A stretch of DNA of 64,000 nucleotides from an uncultured Paludibacter sp. (GTDB lineage: Bacteria > Bacteroidota > Bacteroidia > Bacteroidales > Paludibacteraceae). The stretch is from contig CAYFTO010000001.1 in the NCBI GenBank assembly GCA_964346125.1, positions 193 to 64,192 of the forward strand, in the 5' to 3' direction. Under the pieces are notes generated by a model. That model made no database searches and was not told where the DNA came from. It saw only the letters and a program-made list of their open reading frames with translations. Position 1 is the first letter of the stretch, and each line of letters begins with the position of its first letter. Shown here piece after piece: positions 18,490-28,266 of this stretch. A program made the position numbers and the translations under genes.

Positions 18490-21400
18490 ATGAGAAAACT
18501 TAAATTATCTCTCTTGCTTACAGCATTTGTTGCTTTTGCTGGCTTTGCCTCAACGCCAAGTTTGAAAGGTTACAAATATGCAGCTGAGACAGCACCTGAT
18601 GGTAATGAGTGGGAATCACCCGAAAGCATTGCTCTAAACAAAGAACAGCCTACGGCCTACTTCTTTCCATTTGAAAATATAGAAAGTGCTCGTAAAGTTT
18701 TGCCAGAAAACTCCTCTTATTGGATGTCACTCGATGGGCAATGGAAGTTTAACTGGGTAAATCACCCAGACAAAAGACCTACTGACTTTTATAAACCCTC
18801 TTATGATGTATCACGCTGGGATAACATTACTGTACCTTCAAACTGGAACGTAGATGGTATTGGAAAAGATGGAAGTCTAAAATACGGTGTTCCTATTTAT
18901 GTAAATCAGCCTGTTATCTTTATGCACAAAGTGGCTGTAGATGATTGGCGTGGTGGTGTAATGCGTACACCTCCTACACATTGGACTACCTACAAAGACC
19001 GCAACGAAGTGGGCTCACATCGTAAAACATTTACAGTTCCATCTAATTGGGATGGACGTCAAGTGTATATTAGCTTCGATGGAGTGGATTCATTTTTCTA
19101 TCTGTGGATAAACGGTCATTATGTAGGTTTTTCTAAAAACTCACGTAATGCGGCTACATTCGATATTACTCAATACTTGCAAAAAGGTGAAAACGTTGTT
19201 GCTGTAGAAGTATATCGAAGCAGCGATGGTTCTTTCTTAGAGTCGCAAGATATGTTCCGACTACCAGGTATTTTCCGTACAGTGCAGTTGTACTCAACTT
19301 CAAAATTGCAAATTCGTGATTTGGTAGTAAAGCCTGATTTAGATACAAAATATGAAAACGGATGGCTGAATATTACTGCTGATATTCGTAATTTAGATAA
19401 AAAAGCATACAAAGGATATTCAATCCATTATTCTCTATATGCCAACAAACTCTATTCTGATGAAAACGTAAAAGTACAAGGTGCTAGCGCCTCAGTTTCT
19501 GTAGATAAATTGAAAAAAGGCACAAGTACTCAAGCTTTTGTAAAATTCAATTTGGACAAACCTAAACTTTGGTCAAGTGAAGCTCCATATCGCTATGTAT
19601 TGGTGGCTGAATTGAAAGACAAAAAAGGTAAAACGATTGAAACTGTTTCTACTTATACTGGTTTCAGAAAAGTGGAAATAAAAGAGACCAAAGCGGCAGA
19701 TGATGAATTTGGTTTAGCGGGTCGTTACTACTATTTAAATGGCAAAACCATTAAAATGAAAGGTGTGAACCGCCACGAAACTAACCCAGAAAGAGGTCAT
19801 GCTATTACGCGTGAGCAAATGAAGGAGGAAGTTATGATGATGTTACGTGGTAATATCAACCATGTGCGTAATGCACACTATCCTGACGCACCTTATTGGT
19901 ATTATTTGGCTGATAAATATGGTATTTATTTAGAAGATGAGGCTAATATTGAGAGTCACCAATACTACTATGGAGATGCTTCACTATCTCACCCAAAAGA
20001 GTGGGAATCAGCACACGTAGCTCGCGTGATGGAGATGGCACATCAAACTGTAAACCATCCATCTATCGTTATATGGTCATTAGGAAATGAAGCTGGTCCT
20101 GGTGATAACTTTGTGGCTGCTTACAATGCTTTGAAAGCGTTTGACGATACTCGTCCTGTGCAATATGAGCGTAACAACAGCATAGTTGATATGGGTTCAA
20201 ACCAATATCCATCTATTGCTTGGATGAATGGTGCGGTAAAAGGTACTTACAACATCAAATATCCTTTCCACGTGTCAGAATATGCTCACTCAATGGGTAA
20301 TGCTTGCGGTAACTTAGTGGATTATTGGAATGCTATAGAGAGCACAAACTTCTTTGTAGGTGGTGCTATCTGGGACTGGATTGACCAAGCCATTTACAAC
20401 TACGACAAGAAAACTGGTATTCGCTATCAAGGTTACGGAGGTGACTTTGGAGATACTCCAAACGATGGTCAATTTGTATTGAATGGAATTATCTTTGCTG
20501 ACCTTACTCCGAAACCACAATACTACGAAGTGAAAAAAGTATATCAATACGTAGGTGTTAGTGCTCTTGATTTAGAAAAAGGAAAAGTTGAGGTATTCAA
20601 CAAAAACTACTTCAAAGATTTAAGCGATTACCAAGTTGTATGGTCTGTATACGAAGATGGAAAAGAAGTGCAATCAGGCGTAGTACAAGCTAAAGCAAGT
20701 ATCGCTGCACGTGCAAAAGAAACTTTGACACTACCTTACAATACATCTAATCTGAAAGCAGATTCTGAGTATTTTGTTAAAGTTCAATTCTTATTGAATG
20801 AAGATAAGCCTTGGGCTAAAAAAGGATATGTGCAAGCTGAAGAGCAACTTTTATTAAAAGAAGCAGGCGTACGTCCTTCTATCGCTGAGGTAAGCTCATC
20901 AGATACAAAACTTGTATTGACAGTGAGCGATAATAATGATATTACGGTTGAATCAGATGCATTCACAGCTAAATTTGATACTAAAACAGGTGCTATTAGT
21001 AGCTTAAAATATGGTAATACTCAAATTATATCGAATGGTAATGGTCCAAAAATAGATGCATTCCGTGCGTTTGTTAATAATGATAATTGGGCATATCGCG
21101 GTTGGTTTGACAATGGATTACACAATCTACAGCATAGCGTTGAGCAATATAAAACAATCAAACGTGCTGATGGAACTGTAGTTCTTTCTTTTGTTGTGAA
21201 ATCCCAAGCTCCTTACGGCGCAAGCATTGAAGGAAGCACAAGCTCTGGCCGCTTCAAATTAGTTGACAAAGTGGATAAGCCATTTGGTAAAGATGATTTC
21301 CATTTTATTACTAATCAAATTTATACTATCTATAAAGATGGGTCTATTGAAGTGCAAGCAAGTATAACTTCTTCAAACGAGGGATTAGATTTGGCACGTC

Positions 21401-22518
21401 TGGGTTACGTAATGAATGTGAACAAACGCTTGGATAACTTCACATATTATGGCCGTGGACCAATCGATAACTACAACGACAGAAAAACAGGACAATTCAT
21501 TGAGCAATTTAGAAGTAAAGTTGCAGAGCAATTTGTTGATTTCCCAAAACCACAAGATGTTGGTAATCATGAGGAAGTTCGTTGGTCAGCCTTAACAGAC
21601 AATAGCGGTAACGGAGCTATTTTTGTAGCAAACACACCGCTCTCTATGCAGGCTTTACCTTATTCAGCCTTGGATATGACTTTAGCACCCCACTCTTTCC
21701 ACTTGAATAAAGATAGCGACACCTATCTACATATTGATATTGCAACAACTGGACTTGGAGGAAACAGTTGCGGACAAGGACCTCCCTTGGAATTTGACCG
21801 TGTAAAAGCAGTTCCACATATTATGAATTTTATTATTCGTCCAGCTACAGCTAATTTAACTGAGGCGGCTAATGTACGTCCTGCTGGTGAAATGCCTATT
21901 ACTATTTCACGCGACAGAGTAGGAGAACTTCGTATTTTCTCTGCTAAAGAGGATGCTGAAATTATTTACCAAATAGATAATGAGAAAGCTCAAACATACA
22001 AGAGTGCTATCCAACTTCGCAACGGAGGTAAGGTTACTGCTTGGTATGCTGACAACAAAGAGTTGAAAACATCAGCAAACTTTGCAAAAATAGAGCGTAT
22101 TCCTACTACTGTAGTCTTTGCAAGTAGCGAAGAGCAAGGAAGCGGACGTGCAAGAAACTTGACTGATGGTGATCCAAATACAATTTGGCACTCGATGTAC
22201 TCTGTAACAGTTGCAAAACACCCACACTGGGTTGACTTTGATGCTGGTGAAGTAAAAGACTTGAAAGGATTCAGCTACTTACCACGTCAGGAAGGTGGAA
22301 ATGGTGATGTGAAAGATTACACAATCCATGTGAGCGAAGATGGTAAAGAATGGGGTGAGCCTATTTTAACATCAAGCTTCCCACGTAATAAAAATGAACA
22401 AAAAGTGATGTTTGACAAGCCTGTAAAAGCTCGCTACCTACGCTTTACAGCTCTTAGCGAACAAACAGGTCAAGACTTCGCAACAGGTGCTGAGTTTAGT
22501 ATATTAGCAGATGAGTAA
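18490..22518 (+). CDS. GH2 beta-galactosidase (LacZ-like) fused to a CHB_HEX_C-like and an F5/8 type C (CBM32) domain
   Basis: 1342 aa with a signal peptide. Acid/base motif WSLGNEAGPG, nucleophile region SEYAHSMGN, and Bgal_small_N-like NDRKTGQ...HEEVRW. The C-terminal 150 aa (NLTDGDPNTIWHS...ARYLRFTALS) is discoidin-like. Confidence 0.85.
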   Translation: MRKLKLSLLLTAFVAFAGFASTPSLKGYKYAAETAPDGNEWESPESIALNKEQPTAYFFPFENIESARKVLPENSSYWMSLDGQWKFNWVNHPDKRPTDFYKPSYDVSRWDNITVPSNWNVDGIGKDGSLKYGVPIYVNQPVIFMHKVAVDDWRGGVMRTPPTHWTTYKDRNEVGSHRKTFTVPSNWDGRQVYISFDGVDSFFYLWINGHYVGFSKNSRNAATFDITQYLQKGENVVAVEVYRSSDGSFLESQDMFRLPGIFRTVQLYSTSKLQIRDLVVKPDLDTKYENGWLNITADIRNLDKKAYKGYSIHYSLYANKLYSDENVKVQGASASVSVDKLKKGTSTQAFVKFNLDKPKLWSSEAPYRYVLVAELKDKKGKTIETVSTYTGFRKVEIKETKAADDEFGLAGRYYYLNGKTIKMKGVNRHETNPERGHAITREQMKEEVMMMLRGNINHVRNAHYPDAPYWYYLADKYGIYLEDEANIESHQYYYGDASLSHPKEWESAHVARVMEMAHQTVNHPSIVIWSLGNEAGPGDNFVAAYNALKAFDDTRPVQYERNNSIVDMGSNQYPSIAWMNGAVKGTYNIKYPFHVSEYAHSMGNACGNLVDYWNAIESTNFFVGGAIWDWIDQAIYNYDKKTGIRYQGYGGDFGDTPNDGQFVLNGIIFADLTPKPQYYEVKKVYQYVGVSALDLEKGKVEVFNKNYFKDLSDYQVVWSVYEDGKEVQSGVVQAKASIAARAKETLTLPYNTSNLKADSEYFVKVQFLLNEDKPWAKKGYVQAEEQLLLKEAGVRPSIAEVSSSDTKLVLTVSDNNDITVESDAFTAKFDTKTGAISSLKYGNTQIISNGNGPKIDAFRAFVNNDNWAYRGWFDNGLHNLQHSVEQYKTIKRADGTVVLSFVVKSQAPYGASIEGSTSSGRFKLVDKVDKPFGKDDFHFITNQIYTIYKDGSIEVQASITSSNEGLDLARLGYVMNVNKRLDNFTYYGRGPIDNYNDRKTGQFIEQFRSKVAEQFVDFPKPQDVGNHEEVRWSALTDNSGNGAIFVANTPLSMQALPYSALDMTLAPHSFHLNKDSDTYLHIDIATTGLGGNSCGQGPPLEFDRVKAVPHIMNFIIRPATANLTEAANVRPAGEMPITISRDRVGELRIFSAKEDAEIIYQIDNEKAQTYKSAIQLRNGGKVTAWYADNKELKTSANFAKIERIPTTVVFASSEEQGSGRARNLTDGDPNTIWHSMYSVTVAKHPHWVDFDAGEVKDLKGFSYLPRQEGGNGDVKDYTIHVSEDGKEWGEPILTSSFPRNKNEQKVMFDKPVKARYLRFTALSEQTGQDFATGAEFSILADE

Positions 22519-22552
22519 ACAATAATAAGTCAAAACATAGTTTTGATACAAT

Positions 22553-22593
22553 AAAAAAAGCACCAACGATAAAAATTTCGTTGGTGCTTTTTT
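22553..22593. terminator. Bidirectional hairpin terminator
   Basis: Perfect 10-bp stem AGCACCAACG (22559-22568) / CGTTGGTGCT (22579-22588), flanked by an A-run and a T-run. Confidence 0.8.
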
Positions 22594-22610
22594 AGTATCT
22601 ATTGATCAAT

Positions 22611-23177
22611 TTAAAAATCAAACTGAGCTTCTTTACGTCTTATTATTTCTACCGAGGCATAATATCGTTCCATCACATCGTCAGCTAAACGGTGTAAGCG
22701 ATTGATAATATCTTGATTCACTATCTCGTTATTTACCATATCTTTATGCGTAATAAAAACATATGACTGCACTAATTGAGCTTTTAGATAGCTTAGAATG
22801 GGTTTCAATTGTTGTTCTACCACTAAGTAGTGTTTTTCAGAACCTGCCAATGATATTACTCCAAGCACCTTATCTTCAAAAGCATTTAAAGGTAATAAAT
22901 CAAATACATTTTTAAGAATACCTGGTATAGACGCTTGAAATATGGGGGTAACTATAATTATTACATCCGCTTCCATCAGTTTTGTAGTCACTTCAAGCGT
23001 GTCACCCGTATAATCCAAGTAATTTCTTCCGTCGCTAAAAACGGTATTATAGTGTGCCAAATCAACAACGTCTATTGACGCATCGCTGTATTTGTCTTCC
23101 AGAATTGTCTTAAAATGTTTGATCGTTGTTCTTGCACTGCTCCCTACGTGAGTGCCTAATAATCCGACTATTTTCAT
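22611..23177 (-). CDS. NADPH-dependent FMN reductase family protein
   Basis: The track ORF starts at a GTG (23228). The ATG at 23177 gives the canonical flavodoxin-like N-terminus MKIVGLLGTHVGSS. ADVIIIVTPIFQASIPGILKN is typical of this family. Confidence 0.7.
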   Translation of the reverse strand: MKIVGLLGTHVGSSARTTIKHFKTILEDKYSDASIDVVDLAHYNTVFSDGRNYLDYTGDTLEVTTKLMEADVIIIVTPIFQASIPGILKNVFDLLPLNAFEDKVLGVISLAGSEKHYLVVEQQLKPILSYLKAQLVQSYVFITHKDMVNNEIVNQDIINRLHRLADDVMERYYASVEIIRRKEAQFDF

Positions 23178-23369
23178 ATATTGATATTTCTTTTTATTAC
23201 AAAATTCATTTATAAAAAACAATGGCACTCATCTGATTATGAATGACAATTATTTTTTGAATATACCCTAATATTACAATTTAGAACAGAAATAGTTTAG
23301 ATTAAAGTGAAAAATAGAGTTTTTTGACGAAATATGTATATAAATATAATCAATAAAAAGAGGAGACTT

Positions 23370-23529
23370 CTCAACTATTCTAAAGTAGTCTGTATTGACT
23401 ATAAGATTATTCTCAACTCGCTATTAATAATATTAACTGTAAAGAAAAGTACCAATGGAGTCTAAAAAACGACATTAATTTCAATTTATACTACAACTCC
23501 CCCTCTAGGGTAGGGGGGCTGAGTAGTTA
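23370..23529 (-). repeat. Copy A of a ~160-185 bp intergenic repeat, in inverted orientation relative to copy B
   Basis: The reverse complement reads AACTACTCAGCCCCCCTACCCTAGAGGGGGAGTTGTAGTATAAATTGAAATTAATGTCG...CTTTACAGTTAATATTATTAATAGCGAGTTGAGAATAATCTTATAGTCAATACAGACTACTTTAGAATAGTTGAG. This aligns with 35366-35550 at roughly 75-80% identity by eye, apart from an indel in the GC-rich hairpin. Confidence 0.85.
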
Positions 23530-23539
23530 CAAAAACAGC

Positions 23540-24871
23540 TTACCAACCTCCTGAAGCTCCACCACCACCCGAAAATCCGCCGCCAAAACCACCGCCACCG
23601 AAACCACCGCCACCAAATCCACCTCTACCGCTAAACATGCTGCCACCTACAGCTCCACCTGTAACAGCTGAACTACGTCTTAAACGTGGTAGTTTTCTGT
23701 TTTTATGATCTTCGTAACCACAAAACTTGCATTTATAATTGCTTCGTTCATTTCCTGAACTAATATATGTCGGCATGACGGTTGTTTTTCTTGAAACCAT
23801 ACGGAATGCCTTAGTTTCACATCGAGGACATTGTAAATAACTGCTTAGTTTATCGAGCGTAAAGATAGCCTCATTCTTGCAGGTATCACATAAAAACACA
23901 TCGTAATCTACACTCTTAAGTTGTTCTTCAAATTGTTGGGATAATTTGAGATAAGGATCTTCTTTTTTTTCAGAAAGCATATGCATTTTCGAACCACACT
24001 CATTGCAAGGAATAGGTGCTTTACGTGCTTTTATCATTTTTCTTTTCCCATAAATAAAACTGGGAAGAGCAGCTACTGGCATTCCGAAAAGCAGTAATAA
24101 GTATTCATATCGCCAAAATATTAAAATGGCAAAAAAAGCTACTAAGGGTAAAGTACATCCTGATAGAGCATAGGTCGATTTATTTTGGCTATTAATTGCT
24201 GAGTAACGAGCCAGATTGGTGCTTAAAGATTTGTTTTCGTTTACTTTGTTAACTTCATTTCGCATCCAATATAGCGTCATAAAAGCAAACAGAATATAGC
24301 CAATCAAAGCATAAGGAATAACTACACGCCAATTAACCGGTGTGCGCACCTCTTTCTCAAAAGGTTCTTCACGAATTACGTGAATAATGTGATCCACACC
24401 TTTTATAACACCTCTATTGTAATCGCCGTTGCGAAATTCGGGTAGAATTGAATTGCTAATAATTCGCTTAGCTATAGCATCCGGCAAAATACCCTCAACC
24501 CCTACTCCTGTGCGAATTACAACACGTTTAATATCCATCACAACCAAAAGAAGTACGCCATTGCTTTGAGATTTTCCTCCTATTCCCCAATGATTAAAGA
24601 GTCGGTTGGCAAAGCTGTTTTCATCATCATAACCAATTGAACCAAGCACAACAACTGCAATTTCAGTATCATTTACTCGATAAAGAGAATCAATTTGTCT
24701 ATTGATAGTGAGTTTTGTGTTTTCTGAAAGGAACTTATCAGGATCGCTTACGAAACTTGACACAACTGCTTTTTGTGGATTTGGTACAGTTTCTACCGTA
24801 TAAACTTCAGCTCTTGCAATAATTGTAAGAACTAAAATGAAAAATAGTATACCAAATCGTTTCATAAACAT
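23540..24871 (-). CDS. TPM-domain (YgcG-like) membrane protein with an inserted four-CxxC zinc-ribbon region and a Gly-rich tail
   Basis: 443 aa. The order is signal peptide, TPM/phosphatase-like domain (EIAVVVL...GVLLLVVMDIKRVVIRTGVG), two or three transmembrane helices, then CNEC..CDTC..CPRC..CKFC, then the tail GGFGGGGFGGGGFGGGFSGGGGASGGW. Confidence 0.7.
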   Translation of the reverse strand: MFMKRFGILFFILVLTIIARAEVYTVETVPNPQKAVVSSFVSDPDKFLSENTKLTINRQIDSLYRVNDTEIAVVVLGSIGYDDENSFANRLFNHWGIGGKSQSNGVLLLVVMDIKRVVIRTGVGVEGILPDAIAKRIISNSILPEFRNGDYNRGVIKGVDHIIHVIREEPFEKEVRTPVNWRVVIPYALIGYILFAFMTLYWMRNEVNKVNENKSLSTNLARYSAINSQNKSTYALSGCTLPLVAFFAILIFWRYEYLLLLFGMPVAALPSFIYGKRKMIKARKAPIPCNECGSKMHMLSEKKEDPYLKLSQQFEEQLKSVDYDVFLCDTCKNEAIFTLDKLSSYLQCPRCETKAFRMVSRKTTVMPTYISSGNERSNYKCKFCGYEDHKNRKLPRLRRSSAVTGGAVGGSMFSGRGGFGGGGFGGGGFGGGFSGGGGASGGW

Positions 24872-24920
24872 GATTATAGACTATATCAAGGATTAATTAC
24901 TTTGTAGATATTAAGTGCTC

Positions 24921-25448
24921 CTAATTTACAGCATCTAATAATTGTAATCTAAATATCAAATTTGAATAAGGAGGTATTTTTCCCATCCCTTTGTCGCCAT
25001 AGCCAAGCTCCCAAGGAACGTATATTTCATACACCTCTCCAATATGCATCTTCATCAAGATTTCACTAAAACCTGCAATTTGATTTCCTATATTTCCTAA
25101 AGATGCCTCTTCACTCTTATCAAATGTTGTCCCATCAATTAATTTTCCTTCATAGGCTGCCCATATTGAACTGGTAGGATTTGGTTTTTTATCAGTATCA
25201 TTACTATGACGTAATTTTCGATACCTTAAACCAGAAGGAGCATCAACTATAACATCAGGAAGCAAGGGTGTTTGAAAGATTTCTATTGACCAATCGTAAT
25301 CAATACTTGTTGTTTTATCCTGAAAAGCGTCCAACCACTCATCGTTCATCACTTTCCAAGAGATAAAAACATCTTGTTTTACACAGCTTGAAAAACCGAC
25401 AAGCGATAGGATTGCAAATAATACGACTATCTTTAATTTACTTTTCAT
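24921..25448 (-). CDS. FKBP-type peptidyl-prolyl isomerase lipoprotein
   Basis: 175 aa. Lipobox FSSC and an FKBP core (YEGKLIDGTTFDKS...GFSEILMKMHIGEVYEIYVPWELGYG...IPPYSNLIFRLQLLD). Confidence 0.8.
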   Translation of the reverse strand: MKSKLKIVVLFAILSLVGFSSCVKQDVFISWKVMNDEWLDAFQDKTTSIDYDWSIEIFQTPLLPDVIVDAPSGLRYRKLRHSNDTDKKPNPTSSIWAAYEGKLIDGTTFDKSEEASLGNIGNQIAGFSEILMKMHIGEVYEIYVPWELGYGDKGMGKIPPYSNLIFRLQLLDAVN

Positions 25449-25463
25449 ATTCTATTTTTTCAA

Positions 25464-26357
25464 TTAATTTTTCTCTATTCTAAAATTGAAACTACCCACA
25501 CGATTGCCATCAACAAAGAAATCAGCCTGATAATTTCCTAATTGCAAAATCTCTTCAACCGACCAATAAACTGCATCGCTATATGCTTCGCCACCATAGT
25601 CAAAGTTTTTGCTCAGAGAGTAAGCTATATTTTTATTTTCATACTCAAAATAGCTGTTTCCTTTCATCATTACCTCACCATCCGGACGTGTTAATCGCAG
25701 ATAAACGGTCTTCGCTCCAGGTTCTGTAGTGATATTTTTACCAATTGTAAAACCAAACTTGAGCGTTTCCATCCGTTTTGCTCGGTCTGTTGATTTTTGA
25801 CGTCTATCCAAAGGCGTAAATGCAAAGTTATAAAGTTCTAAAACAGAAGCTCGTGTTACAGTTTCAGTCAACTCTTCTTTTTCTTGTGCTAAGACCTGTG
25901 CTGTTTCAGAGACATTTCTATAGCGTTGTTTCACTTCAAGATTCTCAGTTGTCAATCGTTTGTTGAGTGAGTTAAGCGAATCAATTTGCTCAATATAATG
26001 TGCTATGATTTTACGCAGAGTAGCTATTTCGCCCTTCAAATCCATGATTTTCTTTGCATCAGTAGCTTTTGTGCGCTGCAATTCATCCTGCAAATCTTTT
26101 ATTTTTTGTTTCTGCTCTTCAAACTCATTCAGCAAAGAGTCGTTATAAATATAAAGTGAATAACCATCCATTTCACCGGCAATATCCTCAATTTCGGTTA
26201 CCATGTGCTGCTTTTCCTCTTCCATATAGTGCTCTGTCTCTGCTATTTGCTCTGTCTGTTTCTTTGATTTATTCACAAAGTGAAGTAAACCAAGAACAAG
26301 TGCAAGCAGTATAAGCCCTAATACACTCAATAATACTGTTAAACTCTTTTTGTTCAT
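25464..26357 (-). CDS. Membrane-anchored coiled-coil protein with a C-terminal beta-rich domain (hypothetical)
   Basis: 297 aa. N-terminal transmembrane helix, about 130 aa of heptad-like E/K/Q-rich sequence, and a ~120-aa C-terminal globular region. Its start overlaps the murF stop by 1 nt (TAATG). Confidence 0.6.
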   Translation of the reverse strand: MNKKSLTVLLSVLGLILLALVLGLLHFVNKSKKQTEQIAETEHYMEEEKQHMVTEIEDIAGEMDGYSLYIYNDSLLNEFEEQKQKIKDLQDELQRTKATDAKKIMDLKGEIATLRKIIAHYIEQIDSLNSLNKRLTTENLEVKQRYRNVSETAQVLAQEKEELTETVTRASVLELYNFAFTPLDRRQKSTDRAKRMETLKFGFTIGKNITTEPGAKTVYLRLTRPDGEVMMKGNSYFEYENKNIAYSLSKNFDYGGEAYSDAVYWSVEEILQLGNYQADFFVDGNRVGSFNFRIEKN

Positions 26358-27661
26358 TATAAAAATTCAATAGCTTTTGTTAAACCAATACCATTTGATC
26401 CTTTCAAAAGGATATGGCTGTCTGATAGTTTCTTATCTTTCAAATACTCAATCAAATCAGCTGTTCTTGCAAAGATACAAAATTTACTTTTTATACTTGC
26501 AAAATTTTCACCTACTAAATAGACTTCATTCAAATTAGAGCCTTCCAATTGCTCTACAATGCGCTGGTGCTCATCGCGTGATTGTTCGCCAAGCTCCAAC
26601 ATATCACCCAAAATCAATACTTTATTCTCTAGTTTCAACTTAGAAAAGTTGCTTATTGCAGCCTTCATACTGGTTGGATTGGCGTTGTATGCATCTACGA
26701 TTAGCGTATTATTGGCAGTTTTTTGCAATTGCGAGCGATTATTGCTTGGCTCGTAATTCTCTAAACCATTTTTTATCTCCTTATTTGTTAGCTTAAAGAA
26801 ACTCCCTACAGCCACCGCAGCTATCATATTTTCTGCATTGTAGCTACCCACCAACTGAGTTTTTAAGTCAAACGCACCTTCTGCTGTTTCGCACTTCATC
26901 TCAACAAACAATGTATCATCCAAAACTGTACCTGCAGCTACTCTTTCGCCCAGTTCTTCGTGAAGTCCATATCTTATCGTTCCATTTTCAATATCAATTC
27001 CCGAATCTTTAGCCATTTCGAGCAAATGATTGTTGTCGTCACGGATAAAAACTTTTCCTCCATTTTCTTTGATATATTCATAGAGTTCGGATTTGGTCTT
27101 TTTCACACCTTCAAAACTGCCAAATCCCTCTAAATGTGCCATTCCTACATTGGTTATTAGTCCAAAGTTTGGTTGAGCAATGGAAGTCAATTCTGCTATT
27201 TCTCCTATATGATTAGCACCCATTTCAATAATTGCTATTTCGTGCTCTGCTTTCAGTGCCAAGAGCGTAAGTGGTACGCCAATATGATTATTCAGATTTC
27301 CTTTTGTGTAGTGCGTATTGTATTTTTGACTTAAGACAGCATAAAGTAACTCCTTTGTTGTAGTTTTTCCGTTCGTTCCTGTAATGCCTATTACTGTTGT
27401 ACCCAGAGCTTTACGATGTTTCTTTGCCAACTCCTGCAAAGTTATAAAGGTATCTTCTACCAAAATATAGCGTTCATCCAAAGCATAGGCAGGATTATCA
27501 ATCACAGCATACGCTGCACCATTTTCCAAAGCCGACTTTGCATACGCATTGGCATCAAAGCGCTCACCGCGCAGTGCGAAAAACAAACAACCACTCGGAC
27601 AGTTACGGCTGTCGGTACTGACAACAGCGTGTTGTTGATACAAACTATATAGTAAATCCAT
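26357..27661 (-). CDS. murF: UDP-N-acetylmuramoyl-tripeptide--D-alanyl-D-alanine ligase
   Basis: 434 aa. Mur ligase P-loop GITGTNGKTTTKE, DAYNANPTSM, and the overall MurF length and layout. Confidence 0.9.
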   Translation of the reverse strand: MDLLYSLYQQHAVVSTDSRNCPSGCLFFALRGERFDANAYAKSALENGAAYAVIDNPAYALDERYILVEDTFITLQELAKKHRKALGTTVIGITGTNGKTTTKELLYAVLSQKYNTHYTKGNLNNHIGVPLTLLALKAEHEIAIIEMGANHIGEIAELTSIAQPNFGLITNVGMAHLEGFGSFEGVKKTKSELYEYIKENGGKVFIRDDNNHLLEMAKDSGIDIENGTIRYGLHEELGERVAAGTVLDDTLFVEMKCETAEGAFDLKTQLVGSYNAENMIAAVAVGSFFKLTNKEIKNGLENYEPSNNRSQLQKTANNTLIVDAYNANPTSMKAAISNFSKLKLENKVLILGDMLELGEQSRDEHQRIVEQLEGSNLNEVYLVGENFASIKSKFCIFARTADLIEYLKDKKLSDSHILLKGSNGIGLTKAIEFL

Positions 27662-27849
27662 TCTTTTTATTTCTTTTTTTCTTCTATTTAATCTACAAAA
27701 TTAATCATTCTTAGATAGATGCAAAGAGTAAAAAAGAGATAATTCATTTATTTTCAAACTTATTATCTCAATTCTTGTTTTTAGCAAAATAATTTTGTAA
27801 TTTTCAACTTTTTACTAAACCAAAACTAATTGTTTTAATTATAATTATT

Positions 27850-28119
27850 ATGAACGAGAATAAATACGACAAAGCGGCTATATTACAAACAATAAAAGAG
27901 AATGCTGCCAAACTACCTTTGGAATTTATTGTTGGTGCTGCTATTGGTGGTGGCTTGTTTTTACTAACTGCTAAACGAAACAAAACAAAGAATAAAAGTT
28001 TGCGTGTAGTATCTTCTATAGCCAAAACTGTTGCTCCCTTGGTAATTATCTCAATTTTAGAAAGTGTGGTAAACAAAAGAGATTTGGTTGAAACTAATCC
28101 GGAGAGTTTGACTGACTGA
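27850..28119 (+). CDS. Small hypothetical membrane protein (89 aa)
   Basis: Preferred over the overlapping antisense ORF 27804-28139. It has a TAATTTTG -7 motif at 27790-27797, a plausible transmembrane segment (FIVGAAIGGGLFLL), and a hairpin terminator downstream. Confidence 0.45.
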   Translation: MNENKYDKAAILQTIKENAAKLPLEFIVGAAIGGGLFLLTAKRNKTKNKSLRVVSSIAKTVAPLVIISILESVVNKRDLVETNPESLTD

Positions 28120-28203
28120 TATTTTAGGAACTTAGTCAAGTAAAGCTATAACTGCACAGATAAACTTTCAGAATACTCTTTTCTACGATTGATTTTGAAC
28201 TTC

Positions 28204-28246
28204 AAAAAAAAATGACGAAGTAATAATTTACTCCGTCATTTTCTAT
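28204..28246. terminator. Hairpin terminator between convergent genes
   Basis: AATGACGAAGT (28211-28221) pairs with ACTCCGTCATT (28230-28240) with one mismatch. An A-run lies upstream and a T-rich tract downstream. Confidence 0.65.
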
Positions 28247-28266
28247 TTTATTCAAGCTCGAATATT

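Noticed and set aside
23540-23640. Repetitive ccaccgccaccRaaNcc DNA that looks like a short tandem repeat
   Set aside because: It is the coding sequence of the GGFGGGG tail of the TPM protein. It is a low-complexity coding repeat, not a CRISPR array or satellite.
27804-28139. 111-aa minus-strand ORF overlapping the 89-aa plus-strand ORF
   Set aside because: Only one of the two can be real. The plus-strand ORF has a TAnnTTTG box at the right distance and a downstream terminator. The minus-strand product is a low-complexity mirror translation.
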